Position numbers and translations under genes: made by a program
Notes under the pieces: model-generated
What the model was told of the DNA's origin: nothing
What the model saw: the letters and a program-made list of their open reading frames with translations, nothing else
The model's database searches: none
Assembly (NCBI GenBank): GCA_964487115.1
Contig: CAZAPD010000027.1
Coordinates: 1-32,247 of the forward strand
Direction: 5' to 3'
Length of the DNA stretch: 32,247 nucleotides
Source of the DNA: an uncultured Thermococci archaeon
GTDB lineage: Archaea > Methanobacteriota_B > Thermococci > Thermococcales > Thermococcaceae
In this document: positions 19,819-29,096 of the stretch, one piece after another
Numbering within the stretch: position 1 is the first letter of the stretch
Layout of the letters: the number at the start of each line of letters is the position of its first letter

Positions 19819-20141
19819 AGGCGAAGCTTATAGTGCTCGCTTCCTTTATTTTTCTTGCATTGTATTTTCTCGGATTAGCAGTTCTTAGCATAAGAGAAAC
19901 TTTAATGTTCGGAGGCTTTGCCGTAATCAGCATCTTTCATCTCGGGTTTGCTTTGGGAATAAAAAAAGGATATGAGGGTATCATATCGTTTTCCCCCTAC
20001 ATAGTCCTGATGGATTTCCTCTTCGGTCTTCTCTGGATTATGTTGGGGTTATCAATGCCTGCAGTTACTCTAACCCTTATCTCAGCACTGTTGCTCTTCG
20101 TCTTACTGGATGAAGACGTTAGAACAGAACTTAAAAGTTAA
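19815..20141 (+). CDS. Small membrane protein
   Basis: 108 aa, about four TM segments, ATGA overlap with MFS gene. Confidence 0.75.
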   Translation: MKAKLIVLASFIFLALYFLGLAVLSIRETLMFGGFAVISIFHLGFALGIKKGYEGIISFSPYIVLMDFLFGLLWIMLGLSMPAVTLTLISALLLFVLLDEDVRTELKS

Positions 20142-20159
20142 AGTGAAAGTTAAAAGAAA

Positions 20160-22079
20160 CTAATGCCTCCGGAAGAGGAGTGGAATCAATGCAAAGGCCA
20201 CTAACAGTGCTGGCCCACAAATTGAGTTCGAACTTTTTGATGTACTCGTTTTGTTTGATACATCCGTATGTCCAGCTGATGTGGTGGTACTTGCGTTTCT
20301 CGGAATTGTAATCTGGGGTACTGAGTTGGTTATGTTTTCTATGATCTTAGGAGCATTGACCTGAGTAAGGAATATGGTAGCAGTTTCTCTTGCATACTGA
20401 TAGAATATCATAGCAGTTTCAAGATCCTGAATATCTCCCTTCTTCTCGTAACTCTCAGCGAATTCATAGTATGCAATCGCCAGGACTGGATAAACTCCTT
20501 TGCTCTGGGCCATTACTATCGCAACTTTTGCTGAATCTTTCATCCTCTGGAGCTTATTTTGGAGTATGGTTTGGTTGTCAATACCTATCGTGTCCAGAAT
20601 AACCTCTGATCTTATTCTTGCCTCCATAGCTGTGAAAAGGGCAGCTGAGTATTTACCGTCCTCATAGTACTGCTCTGCCTTGTTGAGCTTGTCCAGTAGG
20701 TCATTTCCAAGTATGTTCCCAAACATAGATTCAATATACGTAACAACAAGCTTCGTATTATCTATATACTCCCTGGCAGTATCTTTAATAACATCTCTAC
20801 TTATTTTGTTTCCAGTAGCATATCTCTCCCCAAGCTTTGCCCAGAATACGGCAGTTTTTGCTCGTTCATATGCAAACGCTGCATTGCTAACGGCATCCCA
20901 ATAGTCATTCTGGTAATAATACTTCCGAGCATCCTTCAATAGACTCTTTGCCTGTTCTATCCTTTCCTCTGCGGCGGCTATAGCCTGTAACATTGTGGTT
21001 CCTTTTATAGTTATATTTGATATGAACGCCTCGTCAGCTTTAATTTCGGAATCTACCCGATTCAATAGCTTTTCCATATCGGCCCCTTGGCTAACGCTTA
21101 GAAGCCATTGAACATGTCTTATGGCGATTCTTGCTTGGAAATCTTTACTCAGCGTCGTGTAGTACATACCTTGGTCCAAACTTGATTTTGATTCATTTAA
21201 AATTGACTTGGCGTCTTTCAAAGCTGCTTGGAGTGTCGTATAAGTATCATAACTAACGCTGCTATCTTTGAGCTCTTTCTCAACTTTTTCATAGTATGCA
21301 GTAGTATTTTTATAGTCTTTCTCTGCGTCATCTTTCAGAAATGAAGTATTTATCTTAATATTTTCTGGAACTTTAGGTCTCGCTATCTTATGGCCTGTAA
21401 AGTAAAATACCGCATCATAAATATCTCCTATTTCTTTGACCTCCAGTCCCCATCTCTCCTTTGCATATTCCGCCACATCTACCCGCTTGCTGGTTGTTGT
21501 TATCTGAATTATTCCCCCAATTTCCTTTTTCTTGGTTTGCTGGACCATTTGGATCCTCTGTCCCTCCGGAATGAGAAAGAGGGTTGCCCCTACACTATGT
21601 GCGGCGGAAGCCTTTTCGAGTATTCCACCAACTGGTCCAATTGTACCGTCAGGGTTTATCATGCCAGTCATCATGACCTTAGGATTGATCTTCCATCCCT
21701 TCAGGGCTGCGATAATGCCAACAGTCATTGTTCCTCCAGCTGAAGGTCCTCCTATTATAGGAGAATCAGCCTTTATTTGAATAAACACATCATACTTGCT
21801 CATATTAACACCGAGAACTTTTCCAGCTACTTCCGCCGCTAATCTGGCTGAAGCTTGCATATCAACCTCAGCCAGAGGCCATGTTTCAACATACACATGA
21901 CCACTACCAGGGGCTACCGTGATAACGAAATCCGTAGCAACACCAATCAACTCACCGGTTGAAGTTTTTGAGACTGCTGGTGCCTTCAGGATTACAGTAT
22001 GTCCCTCGCTTGGGCACTGAGCTACTGCAAAAGGAGATAACAGGAGTATCATAAGAAATAATGGAACTAATTTTTTCAT
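20160..22079 (-). CDS. Secreted Lon-like (S16) serine protease without ATPase domain, with CGP-CTERM anchor
   Basis: Signal peptide; IGGPSAG (Ser), MTGMINPDGTIGPVGGILEK (Lys); helical repeats; S/T linker; C-terminal ICGPALLVAFALIPLLFRRH; start ATG 22079 after GGAGGTGA. Confidence 0.9.
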   Translation of the reverse strand: MKKLVPLFLMILLLSPFAVAQCPSEGHTVILKAPAVSKTSTGELIGVATDFVITVAPGSGHVYVETWPLAEVDMQASARLAAEVAGKVLGVNMSKYDVFIQIKADSPIIGGPSAGGTMTVGIIAALKGWKINPKVMMTGMINPDGTIGPVGGILEKASAAHSVGATLFLIPEGQRIQMVQQTKKKEIGGIIQITTTSKRVDVAEYAKERWGLEVKEIGDIYDAVFYFTGHKIARPKVPENIKINTSFLKDDAEKDYKNTTAYYEKVEKELKDSSVSYDTYTTLQAALKDAKSILNESKSSLDQGMYYTTLSKDFQARIAIRHVQWLLSVSQGADMEKLLNRVDSEIKADEAFISNITIKGTTMLQAIAAAEERIEQAKSLLKDARKYYYQNDYWDAVSNAAFAYERAKTAVFWAKLGERYATGNKISRDVIKDTAREYIDNTKLVVTYIESMFGNILGNDLLDKLNKAEQYYEDGKYSAALFTAMEARIRSEVILDTIGIDNQTILQNKLQRMKDSAKVAIVMAQSKGVYPVLAIAYYEFAESYEKKGDIQDLETAMIFYQYARETATIFLTQVNAPKIIENITNSVPQITIPRNASTTTSAGHTDVSNKTSTSKSSNSICGPALLVAFALIPLLFRRH

Positions 22080-22198
22080 TCTTTTCACCTCCAAAAGCCT
22101 CTTTTCTTCACCTTAATAAATTTCTTATGGTTCATTCCTCTAATACTGGACAAATTTTAAAAGGTCGTTTTAGTTACTATTTTCACTGAGGGATATCA

Positions 22199-22744
22199 AT
22201 GAGTATTTTCTCTACTATAATTAACAGAAGATTTAAACATATCGCCGGGAACAGATATGAAAAAATTCTAAAAAGCTATAAAGAGTTTTTTCTAACAGAA
22301 GAAGAGATTTCATTGCCTGTGATAAAATCCATCCTGATGCCTATAGACAGAAGTGTTAAAACAGTCCCTGAGGAGATATATGATGCTCTTTCTGCCTGCG
22401 AAGATGCCGAGGTAACTGTTGTCTATATAATGAGTGAAGATGCATGTGCACTAATAAGACAGACACTGGGTGAAGAGGCCAGTAAGGAGTTTAGATTAAA
22501 GGAGGAAGAGATAGGCCGCGAACTTCTCGAAAAAATCGTCCTGTCTTTGGAGAATTCTGGACTTAAAGTACGAACAAGGATGTTCCTTGGTAATAAAAGT
22601 GAGGATGTTATAAAACTTTCAAAAGAGAGAGATCTTCTCGTTATTTCAAGGATATATGGGTCTGAAATAACAAAAACAACTTCAATCAGTCCAATTGTAA
22701 TGAAAATCGTGCAGCATGTGAATATTCCAGTGATGGTGTATTAG
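22199..22744 (+). CDS. Universal stress protein-like (atypical, N-terminal extension)
   Basis: IKSILMPID, VTVVYI, DLLVIS, IVQHVNIPVMVY pattern of the USP fold. Confidence 0.78.
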   Translation: MSIFSTIINRRFKHIAGNRYEKILKSYKEFFLTEEEISLPVIKSILMPIDRSVKTVPEEIYDALSACEDAEVTVVYIMSEDACALIRQTLGEEASKEFRLKEEEIGRELLEKIVLSLENSGLKVRTRMFLGNKSEDVIKLSKERDLLVISRIYGSEITKTTSISPIVMKIVQHVNIPVMVY

Positions 22745-22755
22745 GAGGCTTAAAT

Positions 22756-24033
22756 ATGGACCCAACGATAATAGCGATTGCAGTATTCCTATTTACCTAT
22801 GCCCTCATAATGAGTGAGAGAATTCATAGAGCTGTTGCCGCTCTTTTGGGAGCTTCTCTACTTCTAATGCTTAATGTTGTGCCGTGGGAAAATGTTCCCG
22901 ACTATCTTGATCTGAATACAATATTTCTCCTCACCGGAATGATGATTATAGTAAATACTGCAAGAAAAAGCGGTCTTTTTGAGTATATAGCAATTAAAAC
23001 AGCAAAAATGGCTAAGGGTAGCCCGATTAAGATTCTCCTGCTTTTTTCCTTTGTAACAGCATTAGTCAGCTCATTCTTGGATAATGTCACAACCGTTCTT
23101 CTTTTGACCCCAATGTTACTCTATGTGACAAATCTCATGGAACTCGATCCTGTGCCCTTTCTCCTTGCGGAGATATTTGCTTCGAACATAGGAGGGACTG
23201 CAACTCTCATCGGGGATCCTCCAAACATAATGATAGGCTCCGCAGCAGGTTTAACATTTAACGACTTCCTTATGAATATGGCCCCCATAGCTTTTATAGA
23301 CCTTCTGTTGGCATTTGTCTTTATATACCTGTTCTATAGGAAAGATTTGAAAGTTTCATCAGAGAAAGAGGAAAAGCTTAACTTAATATTAAATAGGATG
23401 GATGAGAAAGAGGCTATAAAGGATCTTATTCTCTTTGAAAAATCCGTGACAGTAATAATGATCGTAGTTGTTTTGTTTTTTATTCATGATAAGCTGAATA
23501 TTGAGCCTGCGGTCGTAGCGATGTTCGGAGCATCCCTCCTCCTTTTATGGTCAAAAGAAAGCCCTGAAGAGGTTTTCGAAAAAATTGAATGGCCTGCACT
23601 TTTCTTTTTTGGAGGTCTCTTTATTGTTGTTGGGGGTCTTGTCCAGACAGGGGTTATAGAAAGCATTGCAGAAAGAATAGTTGATTATGTGCATACAGAC
23701 AGCCAAGCTCTCGTTTTAATAACATGGTTCTCGGCCTTTTCTTCAGCGGTTGTCGATAATATACCATTAACAGCCACGATGATACCTCTAATAAAGGCGA
23801 TGGGAGCATTTTTCAACACCCGTCCCCTCTGGTGGGCTCTGAGTTTAGGAGCTTGTCTGGGAGGCAACGGCACAGCAATAGGAGCTTCAGCAAACGTTGT
23901 TGTCATCGGAATTGCCGAAAGGGAAAAGATTAAGATAAGTTTTATAGATTTTTTAAAGGTTGGTATGATAATAATGATATTAACTGTAGCCGCTGGTGTG
24001 GGGATACTGTGGATAAGGTATATTGGGGTGTAA
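22756..24033 (+). CDS. ArsB/NhaD (ion transporter superfamily) permease
   Basis: SSFLDNVTTVLL, ASNIGGTATLIGDPPNIMI, SAVVDNIP, LGGNGTAIGASANVV. Confidence 0.92.
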   Translation: MDPTIIAIAVFLFTYALIMSERIHRAVAALLGASLLLMLNVVPWENVPDYLDLNTIFLLTGMMIIVNTARKSGLFEYIAIKTAKMAKGSPIKILLLFSFVTALVSSFLDNVTTVLLLTPMLLYVTNLMELDPVPFLLAEIFASNIGGTATLIGDPPNIMIGSAAGLTFNDFLMNMAPIAFIDLLLAFVFIYLFYRKDLKVSSEKEEKLNLILNRMDEKEAIKDLILFEKSVTVIMIVVVLFFIHDKLNIEPAVVAMFGASLLLLWSKESPEEVFEKIEWPALFFFGGLFIVVGGLVQTGVIESIAERIVDYVHTDSQALVLITWFSAFSSAVVDNIPLTATMIPLIKAMGAFFNTRPLWWALSLGACLGGNGTAIGASANVVVIGIAEREKIKISFIDFLKVGMIIMILTVAAGVGILWIRYIGV

Positions 24034-24036
24034 CTT

Positions 24037-24486
24037 ATGAAGATCCTGGTTTTAGTTGATGGTTCAAAATGGAGTCAAAAAGCAGCCCTTCATGCTATAG
24101 CATTAGCTAAGAAGAAAAAATCAAAGGTAATTTTATTTTCAGTTCTTGATAGAAAAGAGGCCAAGGCAATTGCCTTTACAATGACCATGAGAAGTGACAA
24201 ACTTGAAGAAATGGAAAGATTCGAAGAACAGATATGGAAAGAAATGAAAAAAAGCGTCAAAGAAATCATGAGTGATATGCTGAACTTCTGTCATAAGCAG
24301 GGCGTTAATTGCTCTATAAAGATAACCGAAGGAAACGCTAAAGAAAAAATCCTGAATGAGGCTAACAGCGGTGAATATTCCCTCGTTGTTATGGGAGCAT
24401 ATGGAAAAAGCGGAAAAACAAGGATTGGAAGCCTCCTTGAAGATGTCGTTGGCCTGATTAAACCCCCAACAATGATAGTGCGTTAA
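24037..24486 (+). CDS. Universal stress protein
   Basis: MKILVLVDGSKWSQKA, VVMGAYGKS, IGSLLEDV, PTMIVR. Confidence 0.92.
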   Translation: MKILVLVDGSKWSQKAALHAIALAKKKKSKVILFSVLDRKEAKAIAFTMTMRSDKLEEMERFEEQIWKEMKKSVKEIMSDMLNFCHKQGVNCSIKITEGNAKEKILNEANSGEYSLVVMGAYGKSGKTRIGSLLEDVVGLIKPPTMIVR

Positions 24487-24752
24487 TGCTCTTTTGCTAT
24501 AGCTAAGAAGAATGCAGAGAGAATTAAGATTTCAAATACCGCTACAGTCACATCTAATGCTTCTCTCTCTACTGAAGTGAGCATATATAGACCTTCAAAA
24601 ACCTTCTTGAGAGCAAAGAGCAGAAATGCTATCAACAGGTATAAAGCACTTCTCAAGTGACTTCGTTTATATGCAATCCAAGATATAAATGCCAGCAATA
24701 TTGAAATTCCTAAAACTATCATGCTGAGAACCAGATTCAAGCTTTCAATCAT
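24483..24752 (-). CDS. Small three-TM membrane protein
   Basis: Start moved to ATG 24752 (MIESLNLVLSM...), ATGA overlap with upstream regulator; three hydrophobic helices. Confidence 0.75.
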   Translation of the reverse strand: MIESLNLVLSMIVLGISILLAFISWIAYKRSHLRSALYLLIAFLLFALKKVFEGLYMLTSVEREALDVTVAVFEILILSAFFLAIAKEH

Positions 24753-25261
24753 TCTTCCACACCTCCCAGCTCCACAAGCATATCCACCAGCTGTTCTGCC
24801 CATTTCTCCCATATTTTAGGCCTGTATTCCTGAACGATCCTCATTAGAGTGTCAACATCACAGTTAAGCTCATAAATAACCTTTCTACCTTCCTTACGGC
24901 TTTTTACAACATTTAATTTAAGCAGCTCTTTCATGTGATGATTCACAGTAGCCTGAGTTAAACCCAAGCTCTCCGCGAGCTCACTTTGACTTTTTTCTCC
25001 ACTTGTTAGCAACAACATTATTTTACGCCTCGTTTCAGTTGAAATGGCTATCAGCAACCTTTGATACTCACCTTCCATATCCTTTGGAAATAGATATCTT
25101 CTTCCCCCCATTTTTCTTGAAAATATTTCCCCTTCTTTTTCCAATTTATACAGGTGATACTGTAAATCCCCTATTCCAAGGTTAAGTTCATCAGCAAGCT
25201 TCCTGAAGGTTATTCCCGGATTTTTTCTGATATATTCAAGCACTCGCCTTCGAGTATCCAT
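24749..25261 (-). CDS. ArsR-like double winged-helix transcription regulator
   Basis: Two HTHs: PGITFRKLADELNLGIGDLQYHLYKLEKEG and TRRKIMLLL...QSELAESLGLTQATVNHHMKEL; start moved to ATG 25261. Confidence 0.88.
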   Translation of the reverse strand: MDTRRRVLEYIRKNPGITFRKLADELNLGIGDLQYHLYKLEKEGEIFSRKMGGRRYLFPKDMEGEYQRLLIAISTETRRKIMLLLTSGEKSQSELAESLGLTQATVNHHMKELLKLNVVKSRKEGRKVIYELNCDVDTLMRIVQEYRPKIWEKWAEQLVDMLVELGGVEE

Positions 25262-25496
25262 ATTACCACAACACCATTGAATCTTATCTTTAATCCCCTT
25301 TTGGTACATCTATCTATAAGCACCTAATATGTATTTCCCTTCAAACACTGGAAGGAACTAAAGCAAATGAATAAACTGAGGTTATCTTGAAGTACCCATG
25401 TAACTCTTTCATGAACAAATGGAAATTTTGTAATTTGCAAAAGGATTGGGTAATGTTTTTATACATCACCAACGTTATTTGTATTCGGTGAAGCAC

Positions 25497-26162
25497 ATGC
25501 CCCATGAAGAACTTGAGAAAATTTTTTCAGGGCTGAAACCGGGAGAGACCGTGCTGATCGAATATGAATCAATTTCTTCTCCTGAATTGCTTCTCTACCT
25601 CCTGTCCCAATACAGCAAAGAACATAAAATAGATTTAATAGTCGACGATATTGCAGATACATTGATCGAATTTATCACAAGGCTTAAACTAACGGGATTA
25701 CCAACAGCTGAACTGGAAGGGACAGATGTAATAAAAATCGGGGGATACCAAAATGTAGGCAAAGTGATTGGGGCAATTGAATTAGATAGATACACTTTAG
25801 ATCTTAAGTATTATGGGAAAATATATGAGAGGTGGAGAGCTGGGAGAGATACTGTTTTTAATCCCGTTCTTGGAATACATAAGATATTCCTGATATCTGA
25901 ACGTAATGAAGCGATACGGTTAATCAGAAATATATCTAAATTCGTTGGAAACACCACCCGAATTGCTTTCTATTTCATAAATCGAAAAACCCTTGAAGGG
26001 CATATGCCCGAAGTTCTATATCTCCTTGAGGAGATTTCCACTACTGTATTAAAATGGGAACGAAAATGTGAGAGTGTTGCTCTCAGAGTTATCAAAGCCA
26101 GCAACCATGAGATATGTGGGGAAATAGCAGTACTATCGGCGGAGGATATATTGAGCTATTAG
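25497..26162 (+). CDS. DUF257 family protein (RecA-like fold)
   Basis: LKPGETVLIEY, VDDIADTL, VIKIGG, NPVLGIHK, RIAFYFIN, LEEISTTV; start moved to ATG 25497 after GGTGA. Confidence 0.85.
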   Translation: MPHEELEKIFSGLKPGETVLIEYESISSPELLLYLLSQYSKEHKIDLIVDDIADTLIEFITRLKLTGLPTAELEGTDVIKIGGYQNVGKVIGAIELDRYTLDLKYYGKIYERWRAGRDTVFNPVLGIHKIFLISERNEAIRLIRNISKFVGNTTRIAFYFINRKTLEGHMPEVLYLLEEISTTVLKWERKCESVALRVIKASNHEICGEIAVLSAEDILSY

Positions 26163-26182
26163 TTTTTACCCTATAACAACAT

Positions 26183-26196
26183 AAAGGTTATAACCT
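26183..26196 (+). promoter_or_regulatory. BRE/TATA of the GH13 gene (AAAGG-TTATAA)
   Basis: About 32 nt upstream of ATG 26225; lies within palindrome AGGTTATAACCT. Confidence 0.65.
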
Positions 26197-26205
26197 CTCC
26201 TTTTC

Positions 26206-26222
26206 TATCACTCTCGGTGATA
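26206..26222. promoter_or_regulatory. Thermococcales glycolytic motif (TGM), TrmBL1/Tgr binding site
   Basis: Exact TATCAC-N5-GTGATA (TATCACtctcgGTGATA) between the TATA box and the start codon of an alpha-glucan enzyme. Confidence 0.92.
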
Positions 26223-26224
26223 CA

Positions 26225-28327
26225 ATGAAGAAAATCTGGATCGTAGCATTTATGCTTATCCTGCTTATCCCAGGTGCTTCAGCATACCAAATTCCGGAGA
26301 AGGGTGTTATTTATCAAATCATGGTTGATAGATTTTATGATGGAAATCAGAGTAATGACCAGCCATTCTACGACCCAAACCACACTGACTATTATCTCTA
26401 CTGGGGTGGCGATTTACAGGGTATAATAGAAAAGCTCGACTACCTCAAAAGCCTCGGCGTGAGCATGATATGGCTCTCTCCCATCAACGACAACATAAAC
26501 CGCATGGTTGGGATATCAGCCCCATATCACGGCTACTGGACAAGGGATTACAAGAGGATAGAAGAACATTTCGGAAACTGGAAAACTTTTGAGCATCTTG
26601 TAGAAGAGGCAAAAAAGAGGGACATGTGCATAGTTGTCGGATTTGTTCCCAACCACTCGAATCCAGAGAATGATGGTGAATTCGGTTCTCTATATGATAA
26701 CGGAACTAAGATAACAGATTTCTTTAGAGATGAGAAAAATGCAACTTTAAATCCATACACCGGCAGTCTTGAATACATATACCACCACAATGGTGAGGTG
26801 AAGAACTACTATGGCTGGGAGATGAAATCTAAGAGCATCTTCGGCTTAGCTGACTTCAATCAGCTGGATCCATGGGTAAATGACTATTTAAAGGAAAGTT
26901 TGGATCTCTTCATAAAAGCTGGTGTCTGTGGCTTTAGAATAGATGCCGTAAAACATATGGATTTGGGCTGGTTAATGAACTTCTATGCATACGCATACAG
27001 CAAAGAGCCTCTGCTGATATATGGTGAATATTATAGGTTAGAATATGGCGAAGATGCCGACATGTATGATTTCTATCGCTATTCCAACATATCGCCTCTT
27101 CTGAGCATTCCCATACGAGAGAGAATAGTTTCAACGTTAGGATTCGGAGGGAGCTTTGAGGACTTGGCAAATTACCTCCACATATACTACTCTCACCTGG
27201 TCTACCCTAACAAAGCTGTCAATTTCATCGATAATCATGACCTGCCAAGATTTTTAAGTGAAAGCAGATACAAAGAAGGCTACCATATGGCACTGGGCAT
27301 TTTAATGACGCTCCCGGGGATACCTGTGATTTACTATGGAGATGAGGACTATCTGGTAAGCAAAGATGGCAAAGGTGATCCCTACAACAGGCCGATGATG
27401 GTCTTCGACAACACCACTGAGGCAGCAAGAATAATAAGAACCTTAGCAGAGCTCAGAAAGAAAAACGATGCCTTGGCTTATGGGGACTTTAAAGACCTTT
27501 ATAAGAGCTACACAACATGGGTATTTGAACGTTCTTTTGGAAATGAAAAAATTGTTGTCGTTCTGAACAAGCGAGAGGAGAAGAACCTCAGTTTTGATAC
27601 CGACCTGCCAGATGGCACATATAGAGACGTTCTCTATGGTGTCGAGATGAGCATTAAAAATGGTAAGGGTACTTTGAAAGCTCCAAGGAACAGGATTTTG
27701 GTGTTCTCTTACATCGGAAAGCAGGAAAAGCCACTTATAGGCTCGGTTACTCCATATCTCACTCAACCCGGAGACAAAGTCCTCCTCGGAGGAGTTGCTT
27801 TTGGAAAGAGAGGAAAAGTTATAGTTGGCAACAAAGAAGCTAAGATTTTAGAATGGAAAAATAATATGATAGTCTTTGAGATGCCGAAAATCAAAATGAG
27901 AGGGGCATGGGTGAATGTAACAGTCGAGAACAGGAGCAATGTTATGAAAATAAGATATCTGAGCGGTGATCAGATTCCAGCACTGCTGGTTGTGAACGGG
28001 AGTGATGTCAATACAACCGGACAGCTCTGGATTAAAGGAAACATACCCGAGCTGGCCGAACCAATACCCCTATACAAATCCCAAACAGGCTATTATTTCC
28101 AAATCGTTAGTCTCCCAAAGAATGTTGCCTTCAGCGTTGAACTCTACAGGGGAGCTCCATGGGATGAACTTGAACCTTTAAATATAACTCTATACGGCAA
28201 ATCCAACAGCACCGTTATCCTCAGGAGCAAACCTTATCCAAGAGAGAACCATGAATACTGGCCGATTTATATAGGTATGATAGTTCTTGGCCTGATACTG
28301 ATAACACTTTCCTTTAAGAGGAGATAG
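26225..28327 (+). CDS. Extracellular GH13 cyclomaltodextrin glucanotransferase / alpha-amylase-like enzyme with IPT/TIG domain and C-terminal membrane anchor
   Basis: Signal peptide; VIYQIMVDRFYDG, WGGDLQGI, YHGYWTRD, GFRIDAVKH, YGEYY, FIDNHD, GDPYNR; PLIGSVTP...PGDKVLLGG TIG domain; hydrophobic tail ending KRR. Confidence 0.9.
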   Translation: MKKIWIVAFMLILLIPGASAYQIPEKGVIYQIMVDRFYDGNQSNDQPFYDPNHTDYYLYWGGDLQGIIEKLDYLKSLGVSMIWLSPINDNINRMVGISAPYHGYWTRDYKRIEEHFGNWKTFEHLVEEAKKRDMCIVVGFVPNHSNPENDGEFGSLYDNGTKITDFFRDEKNATLNPYTGSLEYIYHHNGEVKNYYGWEMKSKSIFGLADFNQLDPWVNDYLKESLDLFIKAGVCGFRIDAVKHMDLGWLMNFYAYAYSKEPLLIYGEYYRLEYGEDADMYDFYRYSNISPLLSIPIRERIVSTLGFGGSFEDLANYLHIYYSHLVYPNKAVNFIDNHDLPRFLSESRYKEGYHMALGILMTLPGIPVIYYGDEDYLVSKDGKGDPYNRPMMVFDNTTEAARIIRTLAELRKKNDALAYGDFKDLYKSYTTWVFERSFGNEKIVVVLNKREEKNLSFDTDLPDGTYRDVLYGVEMSIKNGKGTLKAPRNRILVFSYIGKQEKPLIGSVTPYLTQPGDKVLLGGVAFGKRGKVIVGNKEAKILEWKNNMIVFEMPKIKMRGAWVNVTVENRSNVMKIRYLSGDQIPALLVVNGSDVNTTGQLWIKGNIPELAEPIPLYKSQTGYYFQIVSLPKNVAFSVELYRGAPWDELEPLNITLYGKSNSTVILRSKPYPRENHEYWPIYIGMIVLGLILITLSFKRR

Positions 28328-28328
28328 T

Positions 28329-28480
28329 TTACTCCTCCCATATGCTTTTCCACTCAACTACATCCTCCTTACTCTCTGCATTTTTTCTCCTTAATCCAAA
28401 TCTCTGGCTTCTTCAGTTAAGTGTAAATGCAAGCCAGAAAAAAGCAAATGGCCCGGTTAGGAGTAATATACTACCACTTG
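28329..28480 (-). pseudogene. Possible 3' remnant of a membrane-protein gene
   Basis: Minus frame reads SILLLTGPFAFFWLAFTLN*RSQRFGLRRKNAESKEDVVEWKSIWEE* with one internal TGA and no start. Confidence 0.3.
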
Positions 28481-28483
28481 AAT

Positions 28484-29050
28484 TCAAATCTGTTCCAAAA
28501 GCTTCTTCCTTTTCTCCTCATACTCATCCTGGGAGATAACTCCCATGTCATAGAGCTCCTTTAGCTTTTTAAGCTTCTCAAGAGGATCTTCTTTCTCAAT
28601 CTGCACGCTCCTTGGTTCTACACGTACGGATCTGCTAATAACTTCTTTGGGCTTGTGTATCCACATCTCCTGACTTGTCAAATGCTTTTTTCTTTCAATA
28701 CCGATGGGTTCAACAGCTATTCTGTTAATAGCCTCTTTTATAGCCTCAATTGCATCTTTACTCTTCGATTTGTCCATTCTGTCGAGTTTTATCTCCTCAC
28801 CATCTTCCTTTCGTATGATAAACTCAGCATACATCTTGCCTATCTTAACATAAACTTCTTCAAGCTTTTCATAGGGAACGGCTTTCATGTCGTATCTGCC
28901 AAACATCTTCTCGTCAAAATAAATTATCCTCCTGTCGGTGACAATGAGCCATTTTGGTTTTTCCACACCCATTTTTTTCTTAACTGCAAAGATCACCTCT
29001 TCTCCGGGTTGGAGATTTTCACCTATTCCCTTTGGAAGCTTCTCAACCAT
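28484..29050 (-). CDS. Bacterial-type PH domain protein with C-terminal SHOCT domain
   Basis: LQPGEEVIF, LIVTDRRIIY (bPH); DPLEKLKKLKELYDMGVISQDEYEEKRKKLL (SHOCT); start moved to ATG 29050. Confidence 0.88.
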   Translation of the reverse strand: MVEKLPKGIGENLQPGEEVIFAVKKKMGVEKPKWLIVTDRRIIYFDEKMFGRYDMKAVPYEKLEEVYVKIGKMYAEFIIRKEDGEEIKLDRMDKSKSKDAIEAIKEAINRIAVEPIGIERKKHLTSQEMWIHKPKEVISRSVRVEPRSVQIEKEDPLEKLKKLKELYDMGVISQDEYEEKRKKLLEQI

Positions 29051-29096
29051 AGAGTTCACCTGATATCTAAGTTCGAATTTTAGGTATATTAATGTT

